Assembly (NCBI GenBank): GCA_012295275.1
Contig: CM022666.1
Coordinates: 12,400,001-12,464,000, forward strand
Length of the DNA: 64,000 bases
Reading direction: 5' to 3'
DNA from: Chrysomallon squamiferum
Lineage: Eukaryota > Animalia > Mollusca
Shown here piece after piece: positions 62,847 through 64,000 of this stretch. Each line of letters begins with the position of its first letter. Position 1 is the first letter of the stretch. Made by a program: the position numbers and the translations under genes. The notes beneath the pieces were generated by a model. The model was given only the letters and a program-made list of their open reading frames with translations, ran no database searches and had not been told where the DNA came from.

Positions 62847-63823
62847 TTGTGTGTTTTTTGTGTGTGTTTGTGTGTGTGAAAGAGAGAGAGTGTGTTTAAT
62901 AAAGAGATAGATAGAGAGAGATGATGAAAATAGAAGCGAGAGGTAGAGACAGGCATACAGACAAAGAGAGAGAGGGACATAGACAAAGAAAGAGAGAGGT
63001 ACATAGAGAGACAGACTGAAAGAGACAAGAGAAAGAGAGACGTAGCTAATCGAACAGTAAATCATTTTAAATTTTTCTGTTTCAGATTTCACAGAAGTAA
63101 AAGAGGTAAATTATTATTATCTTAGTATTTTATTTCAGACTAAGCAGACTAAAACTGATTGATGCACTATCAGATATTTGTTACAAATGACAATTTTCTA
63201 TGCCACGCACACACACACACATAGACACACACACGCAAGCTCGCATACATAAACCCGAATCAAAAAATGATAGTAATAAAACAAACACAAGAAAAACCAT
63301 TCGGCCATCGACACAACTTTTAGAAAAAGATTGCTCAACAATGGAGGATCCTCAACGGTTCCCACGAAACACGCAGTCCTTTATCTGTATCTATGTATAT
63401 ATACGTATGTATGAACATATGTAAATATATGTATAGGTAGCTATTTTTTTTTACTCATGTTTGTATATGTCTGTTTGCATATACGAGTGCGTCTGTGTAT
63501 GTATATGTTAGCATAACGTAGCAATAGAAGATTTATTCTAAGCGTTGTTATTTTAGCTTCTTTGCCGGAGTTCCCAGACATCAGCTTTGTTAACTGTCCT
63601 GTTGTTGGTGCCTACGCCTGTCCTATCCGAGGCACAAAGGTAGGCATTGTTAAATGGGATCCCCTGAAGGTGGTGTCCAGCAAACACGATAATGTGAAAA
63701 TAAAACAGATTATGGGCTTGCCTCCCTGGAGATTATTTCCTTTAGGTTTTACAAGGATTGGATACATGGCTGAACATCCGTCTGGCGCTAAAGCCTACTG
63801 CTACTTTCGAGCCTACGTGACAA
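62034..63823 (+). CDS. Copy G: HYR/Sushi secreted protein, exons 1-5 (continues beyond window), intact
   Basis: Exons: 62034-62042 (MAE), 62152-62261 (VSGKSAVFVIIYLLCLTLSSNVPVNNDCKRCGTNET), 62695-62754 (CPPGCLDYNMTIKHRNYYT, in-frame +3), 63086-63105 (FHRSKR), 63557-63823 (HYR1). Confidence 0.85.
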
Positions 63824-64000
63824 GTATGTCTTTGAGTTTCTGTATGCATGCATACATACACACATGCATACATATACAGCTATATATATTTGCATCTATA
63901 TGTCTCTAGTACTGATGTATGAGAAACAGATGTGTTGTGTGTATGCATGTGTCTGTGTATGTTTGTGGTGCAGATGTGTGTTGTGTATATTTGTACGTGT

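Overview
Eukaryotic, AT-rich, microsatellite-dense DNA from an invertebrate; a mollusc is my inference. The window is almost entirely a tandem/inverted cluster of one multi-exon gene family, with 7 copies and 2 orphan exon fragments. Order: A(+, 5' end outside window), B(-), C(+, pseudogene), fragment(-), D(+), E(+, pseudogene), F(-), fragment(+), G(+, 3' end outside window). Splicing by hand at GT-AG sites gives a 12-coding-exon, 671-aa secreted protein. It has a signal peptide, a 4-Cys propeptide, a furin-type R-x-K-R site on its own 20-nt micro-exon, then HYR-HYR-Sushi-HYR-HYR-Sushi-Sushi-like and a 4-Cys C-terminal module. Copy F (47596-53864, -) is complete and intact, and A and G are intact as far as visible. 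B and D each carry small disabling lesions; C and E are shared-lesion pseudogenes. Copies are mosaics of one another, and variation concentrates in a few exons. Intergenic and intronic DNA holds decayed DNA transposons (Tc1, Tigger/pogo, two hAT types, a THAP-containing element, a TTAA-targeting Kolobok-like element), a tRNA-SINE-like relic and two minisatellites. Most ORFs in the supplied track are microsatellite artefacts or single exons. Domain names come from motif recognition, not database searches.
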